From NCBI GenBank assembly GCA_043819795.1, contig JBDREN010000130.1:1-23546 (forward strand): a stretch of 23,546 nt of DNA, in the 5' to 3' direction. The position numbers were made by a program, and so were the translations under genes. This document shows, in pieces, positions 1 to 8,509 of the stretch. Source of the DNA: Elusimicrobiota bacterium. Lineage in GTDB: Bacteria; Elusimicrobiota; Elusimicrobia; UBA1565. Numbering within the stretch: the stretch's first letter is position 1; each line of letters starts with the position of its first letter. The notes under the pieces are model-generated. The model had not been told where the DNA came from and searched no databases. It was given only the letters and a program-made list of their open reading frames with translations.

Positions 1-651
1 CCCCCCCTGAGCGCTCTCGTCGCGGTCGATCCACTCCGCGATCGGGGTCACGCCGCCCTTTACGCGGTCCCCCGGCCGGACCAAGGCCCGGGCGCTCTCG
101 GGCAGGTGCACGGCCGCCTGGGAGCCGAACTGGATGAGGCCGTAGCGGCGGCCCGCGACGGCGCGCTCGCCTTCCGCGGCCCAGCAGCGGATGCGCCGCG
201 CCACGAGGCCGGCGATCTGCTCCACCACGATCTTGTCCGGACGACCCCGCGCCCGGACGGTCAAGATGTTCCGCTCATTGGCTCGGGCTTCCTTATCCAT
301 GGCCGGGGCAAAAGAGCCCTTCCTGTATTCCACCTTCTCAACGGCGCCTGAGACGGGATACCGCTGAATATGCACGTCGAATATGGAAAGGAATATCCGG
401 ATCGTCCGGCCTCCCGGACTCTCGTGCTCCACGCTGAGCACCCTGCCGTCGGCGGGCGAGAATATCCTGCTCGTATCCGTGGGAAGGGGACGGGTGGGAT
501 CCCGGAAGAAGTAGAGGCAGAACGCCGCGAACACGAAGCCCAGGACCAGGGGCGCCCAGCCGATGGCCGCGCGCCTGCGCACAAGGTAGAGGCCAGCCAC
601 CCCCGCGGCAAGCCCTCCCGCCACGAACCCCCACCCCTGGACCGCGATCAT
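1..651 (-). CDS. psd: Phosphatidylserine decarboxylase proenzyme (short type), 3' end runs off the window
   Basis: Not in the ORF track because there is no stop in the window. Manual translation from ATG 651: MIAVQGWGF...FCLYFFRDP...SPADGRV...IRIFLSIFDVHIQRYPVSG...NERN...QIAGLVARRI...RYGLIQFGSQ. FFRDP, SPADG, DVH and the FGS self-cleavage motif are diagnostic. Confidence 0.93.
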   Translation of the reverse strand, partial: MIAVQGWGFVAGGLAAGVAGLYLVRRRAAIGWAPLVLGFVFAAFCLYFFRDPTRPLPTDTSRIFSPADGRVLSVEHESPGGRTIRIFLSIFDVHIQRYPVSGAVEKVEYRKGSFAPAMDKEARANERNILTVRARGRPDKIVVEQIAGLVARRIRCWAAEGERAVAGRRYGLIQFGSQAAVHLPESARALVRPGDRVKGGVTPIAEWIDRDESAQGG

Positions 652-667
652 AGATCGGCGTCGGACT

Positions 668-1756
668 TCAGTAGCGCAGGAGGGCGGCCACGCCGCCGGC
701 GTTGCGCAGGCCGGGCAGGGGGTCGGCGAAGTCGGTCTCCCCGCCTGCGGCGGCCACGAGCTCGACGAGCTCGTTGACGAAGTCGACCTCGAAGACGCCT
801 CCCCCGCAAGCCGGGCATTTTCCGGGAGTCCCTTGAGCGAGCCCCTCGCACTTGCGGCACCGGACCCCCGGAAGGCGGAGCCGGCGCGACACGATCATGG
901 TCTGCACCCTGCCCGAGGCCGCGGCCTTTCGCACCTCTTCGGGGCCGACCGCGGCCAGCCCGCCCCGCAAAAGCTCGTCCCTGATCCTGGCCCACAGGTC
1001 CCGCTCCGAGCGCCTCTCATCCTCGAAGAAAAGGCGGAACACCTCCCGGTCCACCCAGTCTTGGCCCTTGCCCAGATGGAGGGCCTTGCCGCTCACCGCT
1101 TTCTTCGCGATGCCGGCCGGGAGGTTCCTGCGGATGGCGGTCACGGCCTCCTTTGAGCCCACCAGAACGACGCGGCGGAAGCGCTCGGTCTTGTCGAGCT
1201 CCAGCAGGCGTCGGCCGATCTCCTTGGCGTAGTGAAGGACCTGCTTGTCGCGGCGTCTCTCGTAGCGCTGCTGCGACCAGCCCCCCACGCGGACATGGTT
1301 CTTGATGTTCCCGCGGACCCGCGTCTCGTCGGTCGCCTTGGCGGACGCGACCAGGCGGATGCGGGCGCGGCTGTTGTCGGCCGCCACGACGGCGAAAGTC
1401 TCGTACTCGTCCTGCAGCTCCGCCAAGGGGCGCAGGTAGGGTGAGGAGTCCAGGACGAGCGAGCTTCGCTCGGGCGCCGGGATCTCGCAGCCCTCGACGA
1501 GGTCGAGCGCCCAGCAGACGAACAGGCAGAGCCCCGTCCCGCGGAGGCCGCGCTCTCGAAGATAGGCCTCCAGGAGCCGGACGTTCTCGTCGAAATGCTC
1601 CCGCTCCTCTCCCGCTCCGGCCAGGAGCCCCCGGAGCCGCGAGCATTCCTTCCCCAGCCAGCGGCGGCCATCCTCGCGCGACACGTAAGCGGAGAGAAAG
1701 ACCCGGTCCGGGCCGGAAAGCTTCGCCAGCCTCCGTAGGTCCATGGCGTGGAACAT
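668..1756 (-). CDS. Bacterial archaeo-eukaryotic-type release factor (baeRF / eRF1-Vms1 superfamily) with zinc ribbon
   Basis: Catalytic-loop motif KNHVRVGGWSQQRYERRR. eRF1-like domain order with a C-terminal L7Ae-like region (GGVAALLRY) and a CRKC...CPAC insert. Start placed at ATG 1756 (MFHAMDL), just after a TATAAT box. Confidence 0.8.
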   Translation of the reverse strand: MFHAMDLRRLAKLSGPDRVFLSAYVSREDGRRWLGKECSRLRGLLAGAGEEREHFDENVRLLEAYLRERGLRGTGLCLFVCWALDLVEGCEIPAPERSSLVLDSSPYLRPLAELQDEYETFAVVAADNSRARIRLVASAKATDETRVRGNIKNHVRVGGWSQQRYERRRDKQVLHYAKEIGRRLLELDKTERFRRVVLVGSKEAVTAIRRNLPAGIAKKAVSGKALHLGKGQDWVDREVFRLFFEDERRSERDLWARIRDELLRGGLAAVGPEEVRKAAASGRVQTMIVSRRLRLPGVRCRKCEGLAQGTPGKCPACGGGVFEVDFVNELVELVAAAGGETDFADPLPGLRNAGGVAALLRY

Positions 1757-1768
1757 GCGGACATTATA
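1757..1768 (-). promoter_or_regulatory. -10 box TATAAT 6 nt before ATG (leaderless-type promoter)
   Basis: Minus strand reads TATAAT-gtccgc-ATG; no Shine-Dalgarno. Confidence 0.6.
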
Positions 1769-1872
1769 GCGCCTTCGAACGCTTCGCGCCCGGCGCATCG
1801 GGACGCCCCGGTCTGTAAGTCCTTCTCGTCTTTTAGGTAAAATCCCTTAAATTCCGGCACAGAGAGAATCCC

Positions 1873-2523
1873 ATGCCCATTTTCTTTAAGATGGAAGAGA
1901 AGGTCCACAAGATGATCTTCGAATACCTCGACACCGTGGACGCGTGCATGCGTTCGTTCCACGAGACGATGACCCCCTGCATGGAAAGCGGCCGGGAGAA
2001 GACCCTGCCGGACTACGCCAAGACCCACAAGCTCGAGTCCAAGGCGGACGACCTCCGGCGCGACATCGCCCTGACGCTCTTCGGCAGGGCGCTCCTTCCC
2101 GAGTCCCGATACGACATCCTGAACATACTCGACTCCATCGACAGGGTTCCCAACGCGGCGGAGACGGTCCTCGCGGCGATGCAGACCGAGCGCATCTACA
2201 TCCCCGAGAAGTTCAAGCCGGAGTTCCGTGAACTGATCGAGATCAACATCGAGGCCGCGAGCCTGCTGCGCAAGTCCGCGGAGGCCATCTTCACCAATCC
2301 CAAGCAGGTGCTATACCTGGAGAAGGAAGTGGACATCCGCGAGAGCGCCTCGGACCGCCTGGAGCGGAAGCTGGTCTCGGAGATCTTCGACGAGAGCTTC
2401 GTCCTGGACAAGGCGGACAAGCTGCTCCTGAAGAACACGGTGTTCCACATCGGCGCCATCGCCGACAGGGCGGAAAACGCCGCGGATCACCTCGGGATCA
2501 TCGCCATCAAACGCAGGATATGA
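1873..2523 (+). CDS. DUF47/TIGR00153 PhoU-like phosphate transport regulator
   Basis: Two helical repeats (LESKADDLRR...; RESASDRLER...IADRAENAAD), directly upstream of a PiT gene. Confidence 0.88.
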   Translation: MPIFFKMEEKVHKMIFEYLDTVDACMRSFHETMTPCMESGREKTLPDYAKTHKLESKADDLRRDIALTLFGRALLPESRYDILNILDSIDRVPNAAETVLAAMQTERIYIPEKFKPEFRELIEINIEAASLLRKSAEAIFTNPKQVLYLEKEVDIRESASDRLERKLVSEIFDESFVLDKADKLLLKNTVFHIGAIADRAENAADHLGIIAIKRRI

Positions 2524-2554
2524 TCGTTGTCGCGAGGCTCGGAATAATCCGAAT

Positions 2555-3496
2555 ATGTGGCAGCTGACCGCCGGCGTCTTCCTCGGCTGGTCCCTCGGGG
2601 CGAACGACGCCTCGAACGTGTTCGGCACGGCCGTGGCGTCCCGGATGATCAAGTTCTGGACGGCCGCCATCCTGTGCTCGATCTTCGTGCTGCTCGGCGC
2701 GGTGATCCAGGGGCAGGAAGGGATGCTGACCTACCAGTCCATGAGCCGCATCGCGAGCCTGAACACCGCGTTCATCGTCAGCCTCTCGGCGGCCCTTACG
2801 GTCACGATGATGACCTTACTGGAGCTTCCGGTATCCACCAGCCAGGCGGTGGTGGGGGCGCTCGTCATGGCGGGCATGGCCAACGGGCGCCTCGAATTGG
2901 GGCCGCTCGTGAAGGTCGTGATCTGCTGGGTGGCGACTCCCATCGGCGCGATGATCGTGGCGTACGTCCTGTATTTCGTCGTCGGCAAGCTCGTCAACCT
3001 GCTGGACATGGACATGTTCAGCTACGACCGCAACATGCGCATCGCGCTCATCGTGAGCGGCTCATATGGGGCCTACGCCCTCGGCGCGAACAACGTGGCC
3101 AACGTGACGGGCCCTTTCGTGAGCGAACATATGCTGGGGCCCGGCTGGGCCTGCCTCGTGGGAGGTCTGTCGATCGGGTTCGGGGTCCTGACCTTCAGCC
3201 GGAAGGTCTTCATGACCGTGGGCCGCAGCCTCGTCAAGCTCGACGCCTTCTCGGCTTTCATCGTGGTCCTATCGGAGGCCGTCACCGTCCACGTGTTCGC
3301 ATACATAGGCGTCCCGGTCTCGACCAGCCAGGCGGTGGTGGGAGGCGTGCTGGGGATCGGCCTCCTGAGCGGAATGAGGACCGTGAACACGCGGACCCTC
3401 TGGCGGATATTGTTCGGCTGGTTGGGGACTCCCGTGATCAGCTTCGGCCTGACGGCCGCTTTCTGCTTCCTTCTTAAGTCCCTCGGCTGGATCTGA
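2555..3496 (+). CDS. pit: PiT-family inorganic phosphate transporter (short form)
   Basis: Signature repeats GANDASNVFG and GANNVAN, two PVSTSQAVVG motifs, multiple hydrophobic helices. Confidence 0.92.
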   Translation: MWQLTAGVFLGWSLGANDASNVFGTAVASRMIKFWTAAILCSIFVLLGAVIQGQEGMLTYQSMSRIASLNTAFIVSLSAALTVTMMTLLELPVSTSQAVVGALVMAGMANGRLELGPLVKVVICWVATPIGAMIVAYVLYFVVGKLVNLLDMDMFSYDRNMRIALIVSGSYGAYALGANNVANVTGPFVSEHMLGPGWACLVGGLSIGFGVLTFSRKVFMTVGRSLVKLDAFSAFIVVLSEAVTVHVFAYIGVPVSTSQAVVGGVLGIGLLSGMRTVNTRTLWRILFGWLGTPVISFGLTAAFCFLLKSLGWI

Positions 3497-3614
3497 CACG
3501 GCGACAGCATTCTTGCCGCAGAGTTCTTAAATAACGCGAAGGTGGAAGCGCCGCGAGGCAAGCTTGGCTATAGGGTCAGTCAAGCCAAGCCGTCCCGCGC
3601 AGGCGGCGCTATGC

Positions 3615-5375
3615 TCAGCGGAAAAGCCTGTCCAAGCCCTTGATCTTCGGCGCCGGGATCTTCAGCTCCCGGGCGATCCTATCCTGAAGCCCGCCGAGCT
3701 TCGCGTCCGCCCCCCCCAGCCGGCCGGACAGCTCTCCCCGCTTGCCCTTGGAGAGCCGCGTCAACGAAGCCGTCCGCTCGCCCACGAGCTTGTCCACCTG
3801 TTCCTCGATAGCCTTCCTCTGCTCGGCGATCTTGCGCCCGACGGAACGCTTGAGACCCCCGGCCGCGGCTTGGCCCAGGTTGCTGCTGAGCTTCAGCTTC
3901 GGATCGCCCAAGGTCCCGCCCAGGAAGACCGTGATCTCCAGAGCGCGCATCCCCTCGAACGCGGAACCCATTGCCTTGGCGACGGCGCCCGAGCCCTCGC
4001 CGAACGCGGGCTCGAGCGAGACCCCCCTCCTCGCGGAAGCGGACGCTTCCGCCGAGCGCCTCGCCCTGGACGGTGACCCTGCCTTCGACGGCGGCCAGGC
4101 CGGGCGCGACCTTCAGGGAGAAGGACGAGGCGTCCCCCAGCTCGAGCGCGCCGACCGGCAGCCCCGCGACGCGGAACTCGACGTTATCGGCCGGGATCTC
4201 GGACCTGCGGTCGAGCACCGCCTTGAGCTCGAGAGAGCGCGCTCCCTCGTTGCCGGAAAGCGTGAGGACCGCGGGTTCGCCGACCAGGCTCGGCTCCGAG
4301 GAAAAATCGGTCCCTCGCCCAAGAACGGGACCGGCCCTCCCAGCTCGGCTTCGCCGCTCAGCCTGAGGCTCTTGACCCAGAAAGACGGCCAGGCACGCTC
4401 CTTCGGGAACTCCACCGACGCGCCGCGCCGCGCCGCGCGCGGGCCGGCCTTCCCCTTGGCGGGCATCTTCTTCCTTGACGCGTCCACCAGCCGGAGAGCT
4501 TTTCCGACGGCCCCCGCGGCTTTCGGCCCGATGAGATACGCGGACAGGCTCTCCGCGTCGAAGCTGGGAAGGTTGAGCTTCGCGAAAAGGGCGTTCATGT
4601 CGCCCTCTTTGGCATTCTTGACCGCGTCCAGCTCGCTCTGAAGGTCCCCGAAACCGGCGTCCAGCTCCTTCTTCGCGGAATCGATCTCACCGCGCAGGCC
4701 CTTGACCTGATCGCCCAGGGCCTTGGCGGCCTTGAGCTTCTCCGGGAGGCTTCCCGAGCCCGCGGCCTTTTTGAGGAGGGACTCGATCTCCTTGATCCTG
4801 CCGTCCGCGTCCAGGGACGCGACGCGTTGATCCCACTGCTCGAACTTGGCCTTCCACTGGGTCTCCAGCTTCTCGGAGACGCGCAACGCCGATAGTTCCT
4901 TTGGATCCACGCGCGGGGCCGCCGCTCCTTTCCCCAGCCCGCCGAGTCCTTTAAGATAGTCCTTCTTCCCTCCGGCCCACGCCTGGAGCTTCCTGACCCC
5001 GGCGGGGGTCCTTGCGCCCTTCAAGGCGCCCGACCTCGCGCGCGCGGCGCCCCACCGGAGGCCGTGGATCTCCGAGATCTCGACGACGAGCTTCTTCTCC
5101 AGGAGCGGCCGCCCCTCGAGCCGCATGCCGAGCGAGTCGAACTCGACGAGGTTCCTCATCGGCTCCTGCGGGTCCGCGGCGGCGACCCTTTCCATCAACA
5201 CGGTCGGGGGGAAGAGGCCGGTGTCCAGCCCGCCGATCTCCACCCGCGCGCCCAGAGACTTGCCTCCCGCGACCTCGAGGCCGCGCCGGAGGGCCGGGTC
5301 GAAGAGGAAGTTCATGACCGCCCATACCAAGCCCAGAAGGATCAGCCGGGGCGCGAGATAGGACCAGCGGATCAC
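3615..5375 (-). pseudogene. TIGR03545-family protein (~586 aa), split by two compensating homopolymer frameshifts; may be intact in vivo
   Basis: N-term MIRWSYLAPRL...GARVEIG...DPQEPMRNLVEF. Coding continues in ORF 3679-4218 and then ORF 3615-3971, which is in the same frame as 5375. One G is missing at 4312-4314 and there is one extra G at 4022-4027. The GTG start overlaps the upstream stop. Confidence 0.75.
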
Positions 5376-5884
5376 GATCCCCCCCCGAGCTTGCCCGCCA
5401 CCTGGGCACCCAGAAGCAGCTGCACGACCTTCATCTCGCGCAGCTTCGCCCCCACCTTCTGGCGGTACTTCTCGAAAACCGGCACGGTCAGGCGGTAGAC
5501 GGGATAGGCGAGCGCGGCCCCGACGAGGGAGGAGCCCAGCACGACCGTATTATTGAAGGCCGTCCACGGGACCACGGGCAGGTTGTAGAGCGCCGTCCAG
5601 AGCGGCTTGAGGAACGCGGCCTTGACCAGGAGGAGCGCTCCGATCGCGTGGAACAGAGGGTCGAAGACGGGCGACGCCAGCCCGAAGACCGCGGCCGCGC
5701 AGTAGCCGGCGGCCAGGTTCACCTGGGTCATGCACAGCAGGACCAGCCCCAGGTGGAAAAGGAGGCTCGTCTTCGGGATCAGCCCCACCGCCATGCCTAT
5801 GGCGAAGCCGGCGGCGAGCTGCCGGGCGCTGTCCTGCGCGACCAGGGCCTTGACCAGATACCGGATTGGCTTGAGCAGCGGCAT
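5372..5884 (-). CDS. TIGR03546-family membrane protein
   Basis: MPLLKPIRYLVKALVAQDSARQLAAGFAIG...FDPLFHAIG...LWTALYNLPVVPWTAFNNTVVLGS; usual partner of TIGR03545. Start trimmed to ATG 5884. Confidence 0.85.
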   Translation of the reverse strand: MPLLKPIRYLVKALVAQDSARQLAAGFAIGMAVGLIPKTSLLFHLGLVLLCMTQVNLAAGYCAAAVFGLASPVFDPLFHAIGALLLVKAAFLKPLWTALYNLPVVPWTAFNNTVVLGSSLVGAALAYPVYRLTVPVFEKYRQKVGAKLREMKVVQLLLGAQVAGKLGGGS

Positions 5885-6005
5885 ACCTATGAACAGTCTA
5901 ATACGCATAGCGGAAATCCGCAAGGCGAATTTCCAGGCCGAGAACTTCCGGCCCAAGATACCTGTAATGTTCCGGCCGCCCAGTGACACTAATAGCAGAA
6001 AAGCC

Positions 6006-6207
6006 ATGAGACTTCCCACGCGACTCTTCCTGGCGGTCGGGACGCTTCGAGCGGCCGATCGTGACGGAGATCACCGAAGCCGGCGCCTTCTATCCCGCCG
6101 AGGAGTATCATCAGGACTACTACAAGAAGAACCCGATCCGGTACAAGTGGTATCGCTTCCATTCCGGCCGGGACCGATTCCTGAAGAAGGTCTGGAGCGA
6201 CGAGTAG
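6006..6207 (+). pseudogene. msrA: Peptide methionine sulfoxide reductase MsrA remnant (C-terminal ~56 aa only)
   Basis: 6037-6207 reads [56 protein letters not shown], a typical MsrA C-terminus. There is an in-frame stop at 6007, the ATG at 6006 is in another frame, and no GCFW motif is present. Confidence 0.85.
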
Positions 6208-6266
6208 GATGAGCCGTACCGGGGCGTGGGAACCCCCGGCCAAAGGGACGCGGGGAGGAAAACCCT

Positions 6267-8357
6267 TTATTTACGGGAGAAGCCTTCGGCGAACTCGACG
6301 TCGGTGAGGATCGTCCAGTTGAGGTCGTCGAGGTTCAGGCGCACCGTCTCCGCGTTCTCGGCGATCTCGTCCTCGCTGAACCCGCTCTCGGCCATCATCG
6401 TCTCAAGCTCGCGTTTCGCGTCCGGCTCGGCCATGAGCTCCCGCCATGCGCGGATGCCGTCGACGAAGTCCTCGATGAGGAGGTCGCTGCCGTTGACCCA
6501 CGGCAGCTCCCACAGGATGGTCACGTCACCGATGCGGCTGAGGTTGGGCGTCGCGCGGCCGAACACGTGCTCGAAGTCTATGAGGATGACGCGCTCCCCG
6601 GAATAGAGGACGTTGCCCGGGTTCACGTCGCTCACCCCGAAGGTATGCATGAGCACGGCCAGGGCCACGCGCTGGGCCGCGGACATGGGCGTTTGACCCC
6701 ACCCGCGCGAGCCCTCGGCGTGCTCCATCACCATGTAGGACTCTTGGCCGTTGAGCACGGCCGCGGAGCGGGGCGTCTCGAAGTAGGCTCCGAAGAACCT
6801 CTGGATGACCTTGCGCAGGAAGAGCTCGTTCTGGATGATCCGGGCCTCCGCGATCTTCACGACCCGGCTCGGCCCGGACTTGGGCTCGATGGAGAATACC
6901 TCGGTGTTCAGCTTGCCGGGATCGTCGGTGTGCAGCATGGTGCGGGGGGAGGCGCTCAAGGGGTCGTAGCCCAGGCGCTTTCTCAGCTCGCGCGGCTTGA
7001 CGAGCGAGTTATCGAGCGCGGGATCGTCCTGGGCCCGCGAGAACCGGAGCTTCGCGGGCGGCGGCCGGGCGGCGTCACGACGCGCCAGCGCGTCCATATC
7101 CTTCTTGAGCTTCGGGACGCTCTCCGCCTCCTTCAGGACCCGCCGCCAGGACGCGGAATCCGGGCCCAGGCGGCCGCGCAAGGCCGAGAGGAACGCCGTG
7201 CGGCTGAAGCCCGCGCGCTCCGGCAGGTCGGTCCCGATGATCTGAGAAAGCACGTCCGAAGCCGTCCCCCGGCGGAAGCTTGCGGCCCTCATGAGCACCC
7301 ACTGGGCGCTCCACTTGCTCCAGTGGAGGTTGCTCTCCGTGAGGTCCGCGGTCCTGCCGATGAGGATGAGCCTGGCCGCCAAGTCGGCCAGAGAGTTCGT
7401 GTAGCGGGCGCCCCAGCCTTTCTCGCGGCTCTCCGCGAAGGACCACCCGTCAAAGTATCGCTGGATGACGACGCGCCCGTCGGCGCTCATCTTGTACAGC
7501 TCGGCGTGCGGGATGCCGGTCCCGGCGAGTTCCCTCAACGCGGCGAGCTCCGCGTCGAAGCTCCCCGCGGCGCCGGGCTCCATCACGCGGAAGGTCAGAT
7601 ACGAGGACCACGGCTCCGCGTAGCGCGCGCTGCCCCTCTCCTCGGAGAGTCTGCGGCCCAAAGCGTAGGTCTGGCCGTCCACGCGGACCTTGTCGCCTTC
7701 CCTGCCGATGGACTCGGGGACGATGTCCGGCCGCTTGAGCAAGGAGCGGACCAAGCCCCCAAGCGAGAACGGCCGGGCCTTTACGGCCGGAGCGGTCTCG
7801 ATGGTCTTGGCCGCGGCGGCTCCGTCAAAAGCGATCCGGCCGGCCCGGGCCGCGCTCTCGGGAGAGGACTCCTGGGCGCCGGCGGCCTTCCGCGGGACTT
7901 TGCCGATGCGGGAAGCGAACGCCCTCGCGCCCGGCTGCCCGGCGGCGTGCCGGGCGGCCCGGCTGTCCTGGGCCGCCGCCGGCGCGGCGTCGCCCCCGGC
8001 AGGGACGCCGTGGAGAGCGGCCGGAAGAGCGAGCGAACGGTCAACTGGCCGGACCAGAGGCGCCGCCGCGGAAGCGGCGGGCTCGAGGATGCCGGAAGCG
8101 GCGGCCGGGACCCCGCGGTCCGGGACGACCGGCTTGGGCGAGGAAAGCGGCGCCTTGATGACGGGGATGAGCGATGGTCCCGGCGTGTTCAGCGACGGGT
8201 TCGCGGAGGTCCCCGTTCCGGACCCGCTCAGGGCTCCCGCCTGGCCGGCAACGGACGAGCCTCCCTGAACCGGGGTCTGGACGCGGATGCTCGACGCCCA
8301 AAGAGAGCTCCCCGGGGCCAGCGCGAACGCGAGAAATGCGGCGAGTATCTTCTTCAT
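6267..8357 (-). CDS. Secreted protein with low-complexity N-terminus, degenerate kinase-like domain and C-terminal atypical (PI3/4K/HipA-like) kinase domain
   Basis: Signal peptide MKKILAAFLAFALAPGSSLWA; Ala/Pro-rich linker. C-terminal domain has VVK...NE...TP...YMVME...DVNPGNVL...ILIDFEHVF. Central domain has ELAALREL..IPHAEL...DLTESNL. Confidence 0.6.
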   Translation of the reverse strand: MKKILAAFLAFALAPGSSLWASSIRVQTPVQGGSSVAGQAGALSGSGTGTSANPSLNTPGPSLIPVIKAPLSSPKPVVPDRGVPAAASGILEPAASAAAPLVRPVDRSLALPAALHGVPAGGDAAPAAAQDSRAARHAAGQPGARAFASRIGKVPRKAAGAQESSPESAARAGRIAFDGAAAAKTIETAPAVKARPFSLGGLVRSLLKRPDIVPESIGREGDKVRVDGQTYALGRRLSEERGSARYAEPWSSYLTFRVMEPGAAGSFDAELAALRELAGTGIPHAELYKMSADGRVVIQRYFDGWSFAESREKGWGARYTNSLADLAARLILIGRTADLTESNLHWSKWSAQWVLMRAASFRRGTASDVLSQIIGTDLPERAGFSRTAFLSALRGRLGPDSASWRRVLKEAESVPKLKKDMDALARRDAARPPPAKLRFSRAQDDPALDNSLVKPRELRKRLGYDPLSASPRTMLHTDDPGKLNTEVFSIEPKSGPSRVVKIAEARIIQNELFLRKVIQRFFGAYFETPRSAAVLNGQESYMVMEHAEGSRGWGQTPMSAAQRVALAVLMHTFGVSDVNPGNVLYSGERVILIDFEHVFGRATPNLSRIGDVTILWELPWVNGSDLLIEDFVDGIRAWRELMAEPDAKRELETMMAESGFSEDEIAENAETVRLNLDDLNWTILTDVEFAEGFSRK

Positions 8358-8451
8358 GGCCTTCGTTGCTATTAAGGATAATGGAACGTCCGCCCCGCGA
8401 CAGGGGTCCTTCGGCTCTCGAAGACCCCGGCCGAAGGTCCCACGGGATTCC

Positions 8452-8475
8452 GGACAGCCCTCTGGACAGCCCTCT
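8452..8475 (+). repeat. Perfect tandem 12-bp repeat GGACAGCCCTCT x2
   Basis: Copies at 8452-8463 and 8464-8475, running into the -35 box of the kinase promoter. Confidence 0.8.
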
Positions 8476-8503
8476 TGACGGGCGCGACAAGGGACCGTAG
8501 ACT
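8475..8503 (+). promoter_or_regulatory. Sigma70-type promoter of the histidine kinase (leaderless)
   Basis: TTGACG (8475-8480) - N17 - TAGACT (8498-8503) - 6 nt - GTG 8510. Confidence 0.7.
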
Positions 8504-8509
8504 CTCCTT

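Noticed and set aside
2543..2557. AATAAT-N6-ATG as a fourth leaderless promoter (pit)
   Set aside because: The first base does not fit TANNNT, and the gene is probably co-transcribed with DUF47.
3562..3590. GCTTGGCT/AGCCAAGC inverted repeat between convergent genes
   Set aside because: 8-bp stem with a 13-nt loop and no U tract; not a convincing terminator.
5963..5995. TGTAAT...GACACTAA upstream of the msrA relic as a third ECF promoter
   Set aside because: Too many mismatches to TGAATC-N15-GCATCTAA to support, although biologically tempting.
6567..8375. 602-aa plus-strand ORF (similarly 19225-20985 and 22225-23397)
   Set aside because: Antisense shadows of better-supported genes.
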